Below, in pieces: positions 26,982 through 37,767 of a stretch of 64,000 bases of DNA. Both the position numbers and the translations under genes were made by a program. Source of the stretch: Candidatus Margulisiibacteriota bacterium (lineage in GTDB: Bacteria > Margulisbacteria > WOR-1 > O2-12-FULL-45-9 > XYB2-FULL-48-7); NCBI GenBank assembly GCA_041650855.1, contig JBAZKJ010000002.1, positions 550,044 through 614,043 of the forward strand, read 5' to 3'. Position 1 is the first letter of the stretch. Each line of letters begins with the position of its first letter. The notes beneath the pieces are model-generated. The model was not told the DNA's origin. It saw only the letters and a list, made by a program, of their open reading frames with translations, and made no database searches.

Positions 26982-28204
26982 AGCTGTTTAAAAGCCCTCC
27001 CCCGTTCTTCGTAGTTGTTGAACATGTCGAAGCTGGCGCAAGCGGGCGAGAACAAGACCAGGTCACCGGACTTAGCCAGTCCCTGTGCCTGTTTGACCGC
27101 GTCTGCCAGTGAAAACCCGGCCGGATAAACCTGATCATAACCGGCAGCTTTTAAAGCCGCCGTGAACCGTTCAGCCGCTTCGCCGATCGTGACGACCGCC
27201 TTGACCCGTTCCCTGATCTTCCGGGCCAGCGGCTGCAGGTCGGTCCCTTTATCCTTGCCCCCCAGGATCAACACGATCCCCCGGCCGGGGAAAGTGTCGA
27301 TCGCCACCATGGTCGAGTCCGGGTTAGTTCCCTTGGAATCGTTGTAAAAATCGACGCCGTTGACCGTCACGGCGTATTCGATCCTGTGCTCCACGCCGGG
27401 AAAAGTCTTTAAGACCTCGGCCACGACCGCTGTGGGCACGCCGCAGAGTGCGGCAGCCTGCGCCGCGGCCAGCGCGTTTTCCAGGTTATGTTTCCCCGGG
27501 ATCTTTATTTCTTCCGGTTTGATGGTGATGATTTCCGCCGCCCGCTCCTTTGCAAACCCCAGTACCCGGCACCTGGCACCCAGTACCATTTTTTTGACCT
27601 CCGGGTCGTCCTCGTTATAGACCAGATAATCGTCACCCGTCTGGTTAGCGAATATTCGCGCCTTTTGCTGTATGTATTCGGCCATCGTGTGGTGCCGTTC
27701 GAGATGGTCCGGCTGGATATTAAGCAGCACGCTGACGTACGGTTTGAACGTGTCGCACGCTTCCAGCTGGTAGCTGCTGACCTCGGCCACGATATAATCC
27801 AGGTCCGCGTCGGCAATCCCGGCCAGCGGCGCGCCGATGTTACCCCCGACAAAGACCCGCCGGCCGGCCGCTTTCAGCATCTCGCCGACCAGGGTGGTCG
27901 TGGTCGTTTTGCCGTTGGTCCCGGTAATGGCGACGATCGGTTTCTTGATGAACCAGGAAGCCAGCTCCAGCTCGGCCACGATCTTGATCCCCCGCTTTTT
28001 CGCTTCCCGCAGAACCGGGATATCTAAATGGACCCCCGGGCTGACCACGATCAAGTCGGCCCCCGCGATATCGTCGAGCGTGTGCGGGCTGACTTTGGAA
28101 TCGGTCGTTCTAATGACCGCGCCGAGCGCCGACAGTTTATCCTTGGCCGCCAGGCCGCTTTTGCCCAGCCCGAAGATCGCGACCTTTTTCCCTTTTAGCT
28201 CCAT
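26960..28204 (-). CDS. murD: UDP-N-acetylmuramoylalanine--D-glutamate ligase
   Basis: Start taken at MELKGKKVAIFGLGKSG (canonical MurD N-terminus). The ORF-track start at 28261 would overlap mraY by 67 nt. Mur ligase P-loop GTNGKTTTT. Confidence 0.85.
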   Translation of the reverse strand: MELKGKKVAIFGLGKSGLAAKDKLSALGAVIRTTDSKVSPHTLDDIAGADLIVVSPGVHLDIPVLREAKKRGIKIVAELELASWFIKKPIVAITGTNGKTTTTTLVGEMLKAAGRRVFVGGNIGAPLAGIADADLDYIVAEVSSYQLEACDTFKPYVSVLLNIQPDHLERHHTMAEYIQQKARIFANQTGDDYLVYNEDDPEVKKMVLGARCRVLGFAKERAAEIITIKPEEIKIPGKHNLENALAAAQAAALCGVPTAVVAEVLKTFPGVEHRIEYAVTVNGVDFYNDSKGTNPDSTMVAIDTFPGRGIVLILGGKDKGTDLQPLARKIRERVKAVVTIGEAAERFTAALKAAGYDQVYPAGFSLADAVKQAQGLAKSGDLVLFSPACASFDMFNNYEERGRAFKQLCRSLKA

Positions 28205-29145
28205 AGTCCAACTATCGCCAGCGCCAGCCCGGCGATCCAGAAACCGACCACGATCACCCACTCCTTGATCCCTAAAAGCTCAAAAGAATGATGCAGCGGA
28301 GCCATCGGCAGGACCCGCCGTTTAAAGGCTTTATACGAACCGACCTGGATAATGACGGAAACCGCCTCCAGGACAAAGATCCCGCCGATCACCGCCAGGC
28401 GGAGCTCCGCCCGCAGGATGATCGCCAATCCGGCCAGCGCGGCGCCGACCGCCAGTGAACCGACGTCGCCCATGAACAGGCCGGCTTTGGGAAAATTAAA
28501 ATAAAGAAACGCCATGACCGCTCCGGCGCCGATCAGCGCGAAAGTCGCGGCTTCCGGTTGGCTGGCCTTGTTGGCCAGCACGGCGAACGCCAGGAAAGCG
28601 ATCGTCGCGGTCCCGGCCAACAAGCCGTTAAGACCATCGGTTAAATTGGTCGCGTTGGCCATGCCGACAACGATAAAAGCGACAAAGAACGGGTAGACCA
28701 GCGGCTGGTACAGGCCTAACCAGGGAATAATGCCCCACACTCCCAGGTTATGTCCCAGCCAGGTCAGGACAATGGCAAAGACCCCGGCGGCCGCCGTTTG
28801 CAGCGCAATCTTTTCCCAGAAGGTTAAACCGAGGTTCCGTTTAAAAACGATCTTGAGCGAGTCATCCGCCAGGCCGATCAGGGCGAAACAGAGGGTCAGC
28901 AGCACCAGGGCCAGGTAAGCGGGGTGGAATTCCACGTTGATCAGGATCAAGGCCAGAACGATCATGACCAGGACAAAACCGATCCCCCCCATGGTCGGGG
29001 TCCCCGCCTTGCCCAGATGCGTGGCCGGCCCCTCTGCCCTGACCGGTTGGCCGGCCCGGATCAACCGGAGAAGCCAGAGCAGGGGGAAAGTAACGAGCAG
29101 CGAGATCAGCGCCGCCGACAAAAAGATCGCGATCGAGTTTAGCAC
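28195..29145 (-). CDS. mraY: Phospho-N-acetylmuramoyl-pentapeptide transferase
   Basis: 316-aa polytopic protein with MraY family motifs (TPTMGGIGFV, NLTDGLNGL). Confidence 0.85.
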   Translation of the reverse strand: MLNSIAIFLSAALISLLVTFPLLWLLRLIRAGQPVRAEGPATHLGKAGTPTMGGIGFVLVMIVLALILINVEFHPAYLALVLLTLCFALIGLADDSLKIVFKRNLGLTFWEKIALQTAAAGVFAIVLTWLGHNLGVWGIIPWLGLYQPLVYPFFVAFIVVGMANATNLTDGLNGLLAGTATIAFLAFAVLANKASQPEAATFALIGAGAVMAFLYFNFPKAGLFMGDVGSLAVGAALAGLAIILRAELRLAVIGGIFVLEAVSVIIQVGSYKAFKRRVLPMAPLHHSFELLGIKEWVIVVGFWIAGLALAIVGLWS

Positions 29146-29179
29146 TTATCCATTTTACAATATTTTCGGCCTGCGGGCA

Positions 29180-29216
29180 ATAAAAAAAGCCTCCCGCGAG
29201 AAATCGCGGGAGGCTT
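29180..29216 (-). terminator. Rho-independent terminator (minus strand) downstream of the 29239..29751 gene
   Basis: Perfect 10-bp stem GCCTCCCGCG / CGCGGGAGGC (29189-29198 / 29205-29214) with 6-nt loop. A run of 7 T follows on the minus strand (plus-strand A7 at 29182-29188). Confidence 0.5.
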
Positions 29217-29238
29217 GGGAAAATCGGGTCAAAGATAC

Positions 29239-29751
29239 TTATAAGTAATAACCCGCGTTTATGAAGACCCCGGGCAAAATTCCGGTGGTCGTCGCGCCGC
29301 CAGCAGAAGTGCTGCTGAGCAGGATAATATCGGCGCCCAGCGACATGTTCGGCTGGACCAATGTCCGGAAACCCCAGGTACCGCCGAAAGTCGTCTGGCT
29401 GGCACCGGCCACGGACGTGCTGGTGATGTAACCGCCGGCCATTGTCTGGACCCCGCCGACGTTCCCCATCGTGTAATCGAACTTGCCGAGCAATGTGGTC
29501 TGGGAACCGCCGGTAAAGGTAAAGTAATTACCGCCGATCGCTACCATCATGTCCTTGTTGAAATGGTATTTGAAGGCCGGCGTACCGCCGATGCAGCCCA
29601 GCGCCATTTTGCCCGACCAGTCGTCGCCGGCCGGAGCCGACGAGACCGGCGCCACAGCCGGAGCCGGCGTGAAGGACCGTTTCGGGGCCGCCAGTGCCGC
29701 CACGGACAGAGCGCAAGCCAGGAGCAATGTTAAAGCAATGATTTTTTTCAT
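29239..29751 (-). CDS. Small secreted protein, possibly an outer-membrane beta-barrel (hypothetical)
   Basis: 170 aa with signal peptide MKKIIALTLLLACALSVAALAA. Alternating hydrophobic Gly/Thr/Ser-rich strands. Ends …FINAGYYL. Confidence 0.4.
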   Translation of the reverse strand: MKKIIALTLLLACALSVAALAAPKRSFTPAPAVAPVSSAPAGDDWSGKMALGCIGGTPAFKYHFNKDMMVAIGGNYFTFTGGSQTTLLGKFDYTMGNVGGVQTMAGGYITSTSVAGASQTTFGGTWGFRTLVQPNMSLGADIILLSSTSAGGATTTGILPGVFINAGYYL

Positions 29752-29771
29752 GTTTTCACCTCCTTTATTTT

Positions 29772-30431
29772 TTATTTGCCTTTGAAGATATTATGCAAGA
29801 AATCGGCCGCCATATCCTTGCAGCCGAGGCCGAAGGCGATCGCCGCCGCCAGTGCCGGCGCCCCCAGGAGGATATCCAGCTTGCCGACTATGGAGCTGGG
29901 CCGCAAGCCGAGCTGCGACAGCGCTGCCAGGAAAGTAAAAATGATCACCAGGTAGTAAACGACCCTGGCCAGCGATTTCCCCCCCTCAACGCCGAAGTTC
30001 AGGCAGACGATCTTGACGATATTGGCTAACAAGGTAGCCAGGAAAAGCCCGGTTCCCAGGACGATCGCCACCATCATGACCAGTCCCAGGTAGATGACAA
30101 CTTTGGCGATAGCCGGCTCGATCTTGACGCCGAACAGCTTGGCAACGCCGATGACCGTGATAAAAAGGACGGCCCAATAAACGATCTCCCCGAGGATATC
30201 GGACAGGCCCTTTTTGACCTCCCCTTTTTCCAGGACCGTGTTGAACTTGACCGCTTTGCTCCCTTTATCAAGCTGGACCAGTTTCAGCACGTAAACAACG
30301 GCATAAGCAAGCCCTTTAGCGGCCAGGAAACCGATGAGCAGCAGGACCAGGGCCGTAACGAGGCTGACAATGAGCGGAGAGATGACCGACCAAGCGGCAG
30401 CGAACGGGGCCAACAACGACATTAGATCCAT
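29772..30431 (-). CDS. Membrane protein with conserved TM-helix repeats (MscS-associated TM_helix-like)
   Basis: 219 aa, several hydrophobic helices with repeated LxxVxxL…AK motifs. No catalytic motif. Confidence 0.4.
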   Translation of the reverse strand: MDLMSLLAPFAAAWSVISPLIVSLVTALVLLLIGFLAAKGLAYAVVYVLKLVQLDKGSKAVKFNTVLEKGEVKKGLSDILGEIVYWAVLFITVIGVAKLFGVKIEPAIAKVVIYLGLVMMVAIVLGTGLFLATLLANIVKIVCLNFGVEGGKSLARVVYYLVIIFTFLAALSQLGLRPSSIVGKLDILLGAPALAAAIAFGLGCKDMAADFLHNIFKGK

Positions 30432-30444
30432 AAGACGCCTCCTT

Positions 30445-30666
30445 TTAGGCCTTAATAACGGCCAACAAAACGGAAACCGCCATAAAAGCGATCGCTAACC
30501 CCCAGGTGATCCGGTCCAAGCCCTCTTCCATCCCCTTGGGGGTACCGAACAGCTTCGCCGAACCGCCGATCCCGCCTAAACCTTCACCCTTGGCGGAATG
30601 GAGCAGGACCGCGACGATCAATAACGCGGCCGCAACGAACTGGACCAACAATAATAATGTTTTCAT
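30445..30666 (-). CDS. secG: Preprotein translocase subunit SecG
   Basis: 73 aa. Two TM helices flanking the Gly-rich loop KGEGLGGIGGSAKLFG typical of SecG. Confidence 0.7.
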   Translation of the reverse strand: MKTLLLLVQFVAAALLIVAVLLHSAKGEGLGGIGGSAKLFGTPKGMEEGLDRITWGLAIAFMAVSVLLAVIKA

Positions 30667-30687
30667 GACCTTTCCTTTAATGATATT

Positions 30688-30760
30688 TGGAGGTGATCGG
30701 GATTGAACCGACGACCTCGGCGTTGCGAACGCCGCGCTCTCCCAACTGAGCTACACCCCC
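30688..30760 (-). tRNA. tRNA-Ala (anticodon CGC)
   Basis: Reverse complement reads GGGGGTGTAGCTCAGTTGGGAGAGCGCGGCGTTCGCAACGCCGAGGTCGTCGGTTCAATCCCGATCACCTCCA. It has a G3:U70 Ala identity pair and anticodon loop TTCGCAA. CCA is not encoded. Confidence 0.85.
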
Positions 30761-30782
30761 ATGTCCGCTACGCTGGATTATA

Positions 30783-31979
30783 CTATTTATCCTGCAAGCA
30801 AGCGATACCGGGCAACACTTTGCCTTCGACAAATTCCAGGGAGGCGCCGCCCCCCGTGGAAATATGGGTCATCTTGTCCGCCAGCCCGGCCTTTTCCACC
30901 GCCGCGACCGAATCGCCGCCGCCGATCACCGAAACCGCGCCCTTGGCGGTCGCTTCGGCGACCAGCTTGGCGATCGCCATGGTCCCGTTGGCGAATTTGG
31001 GGAACTCAAAAACGCCCATCGGGCCGTTCCAGAAGATAGTTTTCGCTTTCTTGATCGCGTGGCCGAACTTGGTGATCGTCTCCGGCCCGATGTCCATCCC
31101 CTGCCAGTCGGCGGGGATCCCGGCCCGGGTCACGACCTTGGCATTGGCGTTGGCGTCGAACTTGTCGGCCACGAGATGGTCGATCGGCAGCATCAGCGGG
31201 ATGCCGCGGTCGATCGCTTTTTTCAGCGTCTCTTTGGCCAGCTCGATCTTGTCGGCTTCGACCAGTGACTGGCCGACCTCGACCCCGCGCGCCTTGAAGA
31301 ACGTATAGGCCATGCCGCCGCCGATGATCAGCGTGTCGACCTTGTTGATCAGGCTGGAAATGACGTCGATCTTGCCGGAGATTTTGGCGCCGCCCAGGAT
31401 CGCCACGAAAGGCCGCCCCGGGTTCTCGAGCAGCTGGCCGAGGAACTTGATCTCCTTTTCCATCAGGAAACCGGCGTAACCTTTGAGATATTTCGTCACC
31501 CCTTCGGTCGAAGCGTGCGCGCGGTGGGCGGTGCCGAAAGCGTCATTGACGTAAAGGTCTGCCAGGCTCGCCAGCTTCTTGGCAAAGACCGGGTCGTTCT
31601 TCTCCTCTTCCTTGTAGAAGCGGACGTTCTCCAGCAGCAGGACCGAGCCGGGGTGCAGACTGGCGACCGCGTTCTCCACTGCGGGCCCAACGCAATCCTT
31701 GACATAGCCGACCGGGAGCTTCAGCAGTTCGGAAAGTTTTTTCACGACCGGCGCGAGGCGGAGCTTATCGTCCGGGCCGGCTTTGGGCCGGCCTAAGTGG
31801 GACACAAGAATGACCTTGGCCCCTTTGTCGACCAGGTACTGGATGGTCGGGATAGCCGCCCGGATCCGGGTATCATCGGTGATCTGCTGTTTGTCGTCCA
31901 GCGGCACGTTGAAATCGACCCTGACCAGGACACGCTTATTGTTAAGCTCTTTAATGTCCTCGAGCGTCTGTTTGGCCAT
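30783..31979 (-). CDS. pgk: Phosphoglycerate kinase
   Basis: Start [27 protein letters not shown] (GGGGAG SD upstream). The ORF-track start 32045 would overlap gap by 58 nt. Confidence 0.85.
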   Translation of the reverse strand: MAKQTLEDIKELNNKRVLVRVDFNVPLDDKQQITDDTRIRAAIPTIQYLVDKGAKVILVSHLGRPKAGPDDKLRLAPVVKKLSELLKLPVGYVKDCVGPAVENAVASLHPGSVLLLENVRFYKEEEKNDPVFAKKLASLADLYVNDAFGTAHRAHASTEGVTKYLKGYAGFLMEKEIKFLGQLLENPGRPFVAILGGAKISGKIDVISSLINKVDTLIIGGGMAYTFFKARGVEVGQSLVEADKIELAKETLKKAIDRGIPLMLPIDHLVADKFDANANAKVVTRAGIPADWQGMDIGPETITKFGHAIKKAKTIFWNGPMGVFEFPKFANGTMAIAKLVAEATAKGAVSVIGGGDSVAAVEKAGLADKMTHISTGGGASLEFVEGKVLPGIACLQDK

Positions 31980-31987
31980 TTTCTCCC

Positions 31988-33034
<1,047 letters not shown>

Positions 33035-33087
33035 TTACCCTTCCCTTTCTTTATTTTAGCGACTTAACGATCAAGCGAATTATAGCA

Positions 33088-34314
33088 ATGTTTGCTATAA
33101 TGGTCAACATGGAAGAAAGTTTTTCCTGGAAGAGCATTTTTTTCGGCGTGTTTTTCTCCCTGCTGGTGCTGGCGGTCGCTTACTGGCTGATCGCGCCGCG
33201 CGACTACACTTTTTTTACCCAGGATAAAAGCGACCGGCTGGCGGAATTCCATCAGACCCGGGTGGTCGGCAGGCAGGACGGGCAAACCGTCTGGGAACTG
33301 AACGCCGGCAGCGGCTGGACCGATAAAGCCCAGGAGATCACCTACCTGACCGACGTGCGCCAGGGGAAGCTTTACAACAAAAAGGGACAACTGGTCCTGC
33401 ACGGCCTGCGCGCGCCCAGCGCCCGGGCCTGGCGCCACAGCGAGATCGTGGAAGCGACCGGCGGGGTCAACGCTTACCTGGACATCGGCAAATTCACCAG
33501 GGAACCGAAAAAAGAGGCCGACTGGCTGCGCATGACCGGCGCGGTGATCAAATATTTGCCGGCGGAAAAACGCTCGGAGCTGGCGGGCAAGATCACGCTG
33601 GCCCAGCACGACAGCGTCATCCGGGCCGGCCGGGTCGCGATCGACCATGAGCGCAAGAGCGCGAACCTGCAGGGCAATATCCGCCTGACCAGGCGGGACA
33701 GCGACATCGTCGCCGAAACGCTCGAATATTTCGGCGAGACCGAAGCGCTGAAAGCCGCCGGCCGGATCACGCTGCGGCTGAAGGAAAGCCGGACCAGGAC
33801 CCTGATCAAGTGCGACCGGGCCGACCTGTCGGTCGATCTGGACCGGGACATCGACCTGGCCGGCAACGTCGAAGTGACCCAGGGAAAAAAATTATCGCTG
33901 GCCGGCGCCGGCACCTATTCGCGCCGCCGCCAGCAGCTGCTCTTGCGGGACGGCACCCGGACGGTCCTGGAAAAAGCGGCCAACGAGATCAAGCCGGAAA
34001 CCGCGCGCCAGCTCGATTCGCCCGAGCAAAAGAGATTATTGCGGCAAAAGACCGTGATCGCGGCGCGGGAGATGGTTTTTTCGCTCAAGACCGGCGACGC
34101 CCGGGCGACCGGCAGCGTGGAAGTCACCCAGCAAGGGCGGGAAGCCCGGTCGGACAGCGCGTTTTACGACGATAAGCTTGAGACCCTGGCGTTGAGCGGG
34201 AACGTCTATTTAAAACGGGGCGAAGAATGGCTGAGCTGCCGGCAAGTCATTATCTCGGTCAAAAATGAGACCTTTGAAGCGCGCGGCGTCCAGGAAGCCA
34301 AGTTCAACCTCTAG
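33088..34314 (+). CDS. LptC/LptA (OstA-like) family LPS-transport periplasmic protein with N-terminal membrane anchor
   Basis: N-terminal TM anchor (IFFGVFFSLLVLAVAYWLIAP). Repeated OstA-like beta-jellyroll segments. Possible true start at 33109 (MEESFSW…) or 33100. Confidence 0.5.
   Translation: MFAIMVNMEESFSWKSIFFGVFFSLLVLAVAYWLIAPRDYTFFTQDKSDRLAEFHQTRVVGRQDGQTVWELNAGSGWTDKAQEITYLTDVRQGKLYNKKGQLVLHGLRAPSARAWRHSEIVEATGGVNAYLDIGKFTREPKKEADWLRMTGAVIKYLPAEKRSELAGKITLAQHDSVIRAGRVAIDHERKSANLQGNIRLTRRDSDIVAETLEYFGETEALKAAGRITLRLKESRTRTLIKCDRADLSVDLDRDIDLAGNVEVTQGKKLSLAGAGTYSRRRQQLLLRDGTRTVLEKAANEIKPETARQLDSPEQKRLLRQKTVIAAREMVFSLKTGDARATGSVEVTQQGREARSDSAFYDDKLETLALSGNVYLKRGEEWLSCRQVIISVKNETFEARGVQEAKFNL
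33093..33108 (+). promoter_or_regulatory. Extended -10 promoter element TGcTATAAT lying inside the annotated N-terminus of the LptC-like ORF
   Basis: TG(33093-33094)-c-TATAAT(33096-33101). An in-frame ATG at 33109 lies 7 nt downstream, implying a leaderless mRNA if this promoter is used. Confidence 0.3.
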
Positions 34315-35549
34315 AACAATAATTTCTGCCGCCGCATCGAAATACTTTGTAAAATACCGAGCGCGCACAGGTTCATGAACAGCGAAGTGCCGCCGTAGCT
34401 GAGCAGCGGCAAGGGAATGCCCACGACCGGTAAAATGCCCAGCGCCATGCCGATGTTCGCCCCGCAGTGGAAAAGCAGCATAGTGACGATGCCGTACGCC
34501 AGCAGTTTCCCGAAGCGGTCGCGGGCGGCGCCGGCGATCACCAGGCCGCGCCAGATCAGCAGGCCGAACAAGGCGAGCACCAGCAGGGCGCCCAGCAAGC
34601 CGAACTCCTCGCCGACGACCGAAAAGATAAAGTCGGAAAATTGCTCCGGGATGAATTGGAGCTGCGTTTGCGAACCGCGCAAAAACCCCTTGCCCAGCAG
34701 GCCGCCGCTGCCGATCGCGATCTTGCTTTGCAGCGTGTGGTACCCCGCCCCCAGCGGATCGGCCCCGGGATTCAGGAAGGCGACGATCCGCAGCCGCTGG
34801 TATGACTTCAGCGTCCCCCAGAGGAAAGGCAAGGCCACGCCGACGCCGATATTGAGGCCGAGCACCGCCAGCCAGTCGAACGTCCGCGCCCGGGTCAAAA
34901 AGAGCGCCAGCGCCACGCTGAACAGGTAAAGCAGCCAGAGGAACAAGAGCGGCCGCAGCAAGATCGACAAGACCGGCGTGACCAGCAGCAGGAGGAGCAG
35001 CGGCGCCGAATCGGCCGCGGCCAGCATGCCGAGCAAAATGGCAAAAAGGACCAGCGCGGTCCCCAGGTCCGGTTGTTTAAAGATCAAGAGGAACGGCAAG
35101 CCGACCAGCGCCAGGAGCGCCGGCGCTTCCCAGCCGGAGCGGAATTCTTTGCCGCGGCCCAGGAACGCCGCCAACGCGATGATCAGCACCAGCTTGGCCA
35201 CTTCGGATGGTTGGAACGAGAAGAAGCCGAGCTGGAACCAGCGCTGCGCCCCGGAGGCGCCGGAACCGGCCAGCAGCACGGCGACCAGCAATCCCACCAC
35301 TAAAAGGTAGAGGAATGGGGCCGCCTTTTGCAGGTGGCGGTAGTCAAGATAGCAAAAGAACGCCAGGCCGGACAAAGCGACCAGCAAGGCCAGGAATTGC
35401 CTGGTCACCAGCAAGAGCGGTTCGGTCCCCGCCTTGGCCTGCATCATGTAGCTCGCGCTGAAGATCGCCAGAAAACCGATGAAGAGCAGCGCGCCGGCCG
35501 CGGCCCAGATCGCCGCGTCGGACAATCTTAACATGCGAAAATTGATCAT
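34311..35549 (-). CDS. rodA: SEDS family protein RodA/FtsW-like
   Basis: 412-aa polytopic protein, second SEDS paralog in the window. Not in a dcw context. Confidence 0.7.
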   Translation of the reverse strand: MINFRMLRLSDAAIWAAAGALLFIGFLAIFSASYMMQAKAGTEPLLLVTRQFLALLVALSGLAFFCYLDYRHLQKAAPFLYLLVVGLLVAVLLAGSGASGAQRWFQLGFFSFQPSEVAKLVLIIALAAFLGRGKEFRSGWEAPALLALVGLPFLLIFKQPDLGTALVLFAILLGMLAAADSAPLLLLLLVTPVLSILLRPLLFLWLLYLFSVALALFLTRARTFDWLAVLGLNIGVGVALPFLWGTLKSYQRLRIVAFLNPGADPLGAGYHTLQSKIAIGSGGLLGKGFLRGSQTQLQFIPEQFSDFIFSVVGEEFGLLGALLVLALFGLLIWRGLVIAGAARDRFGKLLAYGIVTMLLFHCGANIGMALGILPVVGIPLPLLSYGGTSLFMNLCALGILQSISMRRQKLLF

Positions 35550-36949
35550 CTGGTGGTCTCGACCGCGGTCAAAAGCGCCCTGGCCTTGTTCAAGGTCTCC
35601 TGGTATTCCCGGGCCGGGACCGAATCGTAGACCAGGCCGGCTCCGGCCTGAACGTAGGCCTTGCCGTCCTTGATCAAGATCGTCCGGATCGCGATGCCGG
35701 AATCAAGTTCGCCGGAAAAGCTGAAATAGCCGACGCAGCCGGCATAGAGGCCGCGCTGCCGGTTCTCCAGTTCGTCGATGAGCTCCATCGCCCGGACCTT
35801 GGGCGCGCCGGAGACCGTCCCCGCCGGAAAGACCGCCTTGACGAGGTCGATGGCGTCCCGGCCGCGCTTCAGCCGGCCGTTGACGTTGCTGACAATGTGC
35901 ATGACGTGCGAATACTTCTCGATCACCATCTCTTCCGTCACCTTGACGCTCCCCCAGTCGCAGACCCGGCCCAGGTCGTTGCGGCCCAGGTCAACGAGCA
36001 TCACGTGCTCCGCCCGCTCCTTTTTGGACGCCAGCAGGTCATCGGCCAGTTTCTTGTCTTCGGCCTCGTCGCGGCCGCGCGGGCGGGTCCCGGCGATCGG
36101 CCGCAGGGTGGCCAGCCCGCCTTCCAGCCGGACCATGACCTCCGGTGAAGAGCCGACGATCTGCAGGTCGCCCAAACGCAAGTAATACATGTAAGGGGAA
36201 GGATTGAGCACGCGCAGCGCCCGGTAAATATCGAACGGGTCAGCATGGCACTTAGCTTCCAGGCGCTGGGAAAGCACTACCTGAATAATGTCTCCGGCTT
36301 TGATATGGGCTTTTGCCTGCCGGACCATCTCTTCGTATTCCCGGCGGGTGACGTTGCTCTGGAACTTGACCGCGCGCCGCCGCCCGGTCTCCAGCTCGGT
36401 CGTCCGCAGCGGTTTTTTCAGCTTGGCTTCCAGCCCCGCGATCCGCCGGCAAGCGCTCCGGTACGCCCGGGCCGGGTCGCCGGCGATCCGCGCGTTGGCA
36501 ATGATCACGATCTTATGCTTGATGTGATCGAACGCCAGGATGGCGTCGGCCATGATAAATTGCATCAGGGGAATGTTCAGGTCGTCGGGATTGGCGTTGG
36601 GGATCTTTTCGATCTGCCGGACGGCGTCATAGCCGATATAGCCGACCAGCCCGCCGCTGAACCTGGGTAAGCCGGGAATACTAACCGGCTTGTACTCTTT
36701 CAGCAATGTCCGAATCTCCTCAAAAGACCCGGGACTCGCGACCCGTGACGCGGAACAGGTCCCCAAAAAAGAATAGCGCGCGATCTTTTCCCCGCCTTCG
36801 ACCGATTCCAGCAGGAAAGAATGGTCGCCGGCGATCTTCTTGAACGCCGAGACCGGCGTTTCCATGTCGGCCACGATCTCCTTGTAGACCGGGACCAGGT
36901 TCCCCTTTTTCGCCAGGCGTTTGAACTCTTTCAGGTCCGGTTTTATCAT
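35546..36949 (-). CDS. Anthranilate / aminodeoxychorismate synthase component I (TrpE/PabB family)
   Basis: Chorismate-binding enzyme fold, 467 aa. Specificity for TrpE versus PabB is not resolvable by eye. Confidence 0.7.
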   Translation of the reverse strand: MIKPDLKEFKRLAKKGNLVPVYKEIVADMETPVSAFKKIAGDHSFLLESVEGGEKIARYSFLGTCSASRVASPGSFEEIRTLLKEYKPVSIPGLPRFSGGLVGYIGYDAVRQIEKIPNANPDDLNIPLMQFIMADAILAFDHIKHKIVIIANARIAGDPARAYRSACRRIAGLEAKLKKPLRTTELETGRRRAVKFQSNVTRREYEEMVRQAKAHIKAGDIIQVVLSQRLEAKCHADPFDIYRALRVLNPSPYMYYLRLGDLQIVGSSPEVMVRLEGGLATLRPIAGTRPRGRDEAEDKKLADDLLASKKERAEHVMLVDLGRNDLGRVCDWGSVKVTEEMVIEKYSHVMHIVSNVNGRLKRGRDAIDLVKAVFPAGTVSGAPKVRAMELIDELENRQRGLYAGCVGYFSFSGELDSGIAIRTILIKDGKAYVQAGAGLVYDSVPAREYQETLNKARALLTAVETTR

Positions 36950-37761
36950 TTTTCACGCTCCGTAACGTAGCAAGCCAACTCGGCCAGGCGCCGGGCGCGC
37001 GGACCGAACGGCGCCAGCCGCCGCAAGGCCTGGTCCCTCTCCGCCGCCGCCAGCGCCCTGGACCGCGCCAGGCCGACGACGAACGGAAAACCCTTTTTGC
37101 TGTCGGCCCGGACCGGCTTCCCCAATTGCCGGGCGGTCGCGGTCACGTCCAGGATATCGTCGGCGATCTGAAAAGCCATCCCGAGATGTTCGGCGTACGC
37201 GGTCAGCGCGGTTGTTTGGCGCGCCGTCGCGCCGCAGATCGCGGCCGTCCCGCGGACGCAGGCCTTGAGCAGCGCCGCCGTCTTCCAGCGGTGGATGGCG
37301 CGCAGCCGGTTCAGTGTTAGTTTTTTCTCCGGCGCGGCAACGTCGGCCACCTGCCCTTCAACCACCTCGAACAAGGCGCCGGCCAGTTCCTTGACCGCCT
37401 TGGGCTGATCGGCGATCAGCCCGAACGCCAGCGTGCTGAGCGCGTCGCCGACCAGGATCGCCAGGGCTTCGCCGTATTTCTTGTGGCAGGTCGGCTTTCC
37501 CCGGCGCAGGTCGGAGTCGTCCATCGCCGGCAGGTCGTCGTGGATCAAAGTGAAGGTGTGGATCATTTCGACGGCGCAGGCAAAAGGGAGAACCTTGGCA
37601 GGAGGTTTTCCCAACGCTTTGGCCACCGCCAGGCAGAGGATCGGCCGAAAACGTTTCCCGCCGGCCAAGACCGAATAGCGCATCGCCATAGCTAACTTGC
37701 CTTTTTTCGGCAGATTTTTATTTAATTCCCGCTCAATGATCCTTAGTTCGGCATTAGGCAT
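36946..37761 (-). CDS. ispA: Polyprenyl diphosphate synthase (FPP/GGPP synthase family)
   Basis: First and second Asp-rich motifs (IHDDLPAMDD, FQIADDILD). Confidence 0.75.
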   Translation of the reverse strand: MPNAELRIIERELNKNLPKKGKLAMAMRYSVLAGGKRFRPILCLAVAKALGKPPAKVLPFACAVEMIHTFTLIHDDLPAMDDSDLRRGKPTCHKKYGEALAILVGDALSTLAFGLIADQPKAVKELAGALFEVVEGQVADVAAPEKKLTLNRLRAIHRWKTAALLKACVRGTAAICGATARQTTALTAYAEHLGMAFQIADDILDVTATARQLGKPVRADSKKGFPFVVGLARSRALAAAERDQALRRLAPFGPRARRLAELACYVTEREK

Positions 37762-37767
37762 TAGGCA

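Noticed and set aside
28205-28261. Longer N-terminal extension of murD (and similar extensions of pgk to 32045 and mlaD to 7095)
   Set aside because: The extensions would create 58-71 nt overlaps with upstream genes and encode R/G/P-rich junk. Canonical N-termini with SDs occur at the shorter starts.
30703-31308. 201-aa plus-strand ORF
   Set aside because: It overlaps the tRNA-Ala gene and is antisense to pgk. Pro/Ala/Arg-rich junk.
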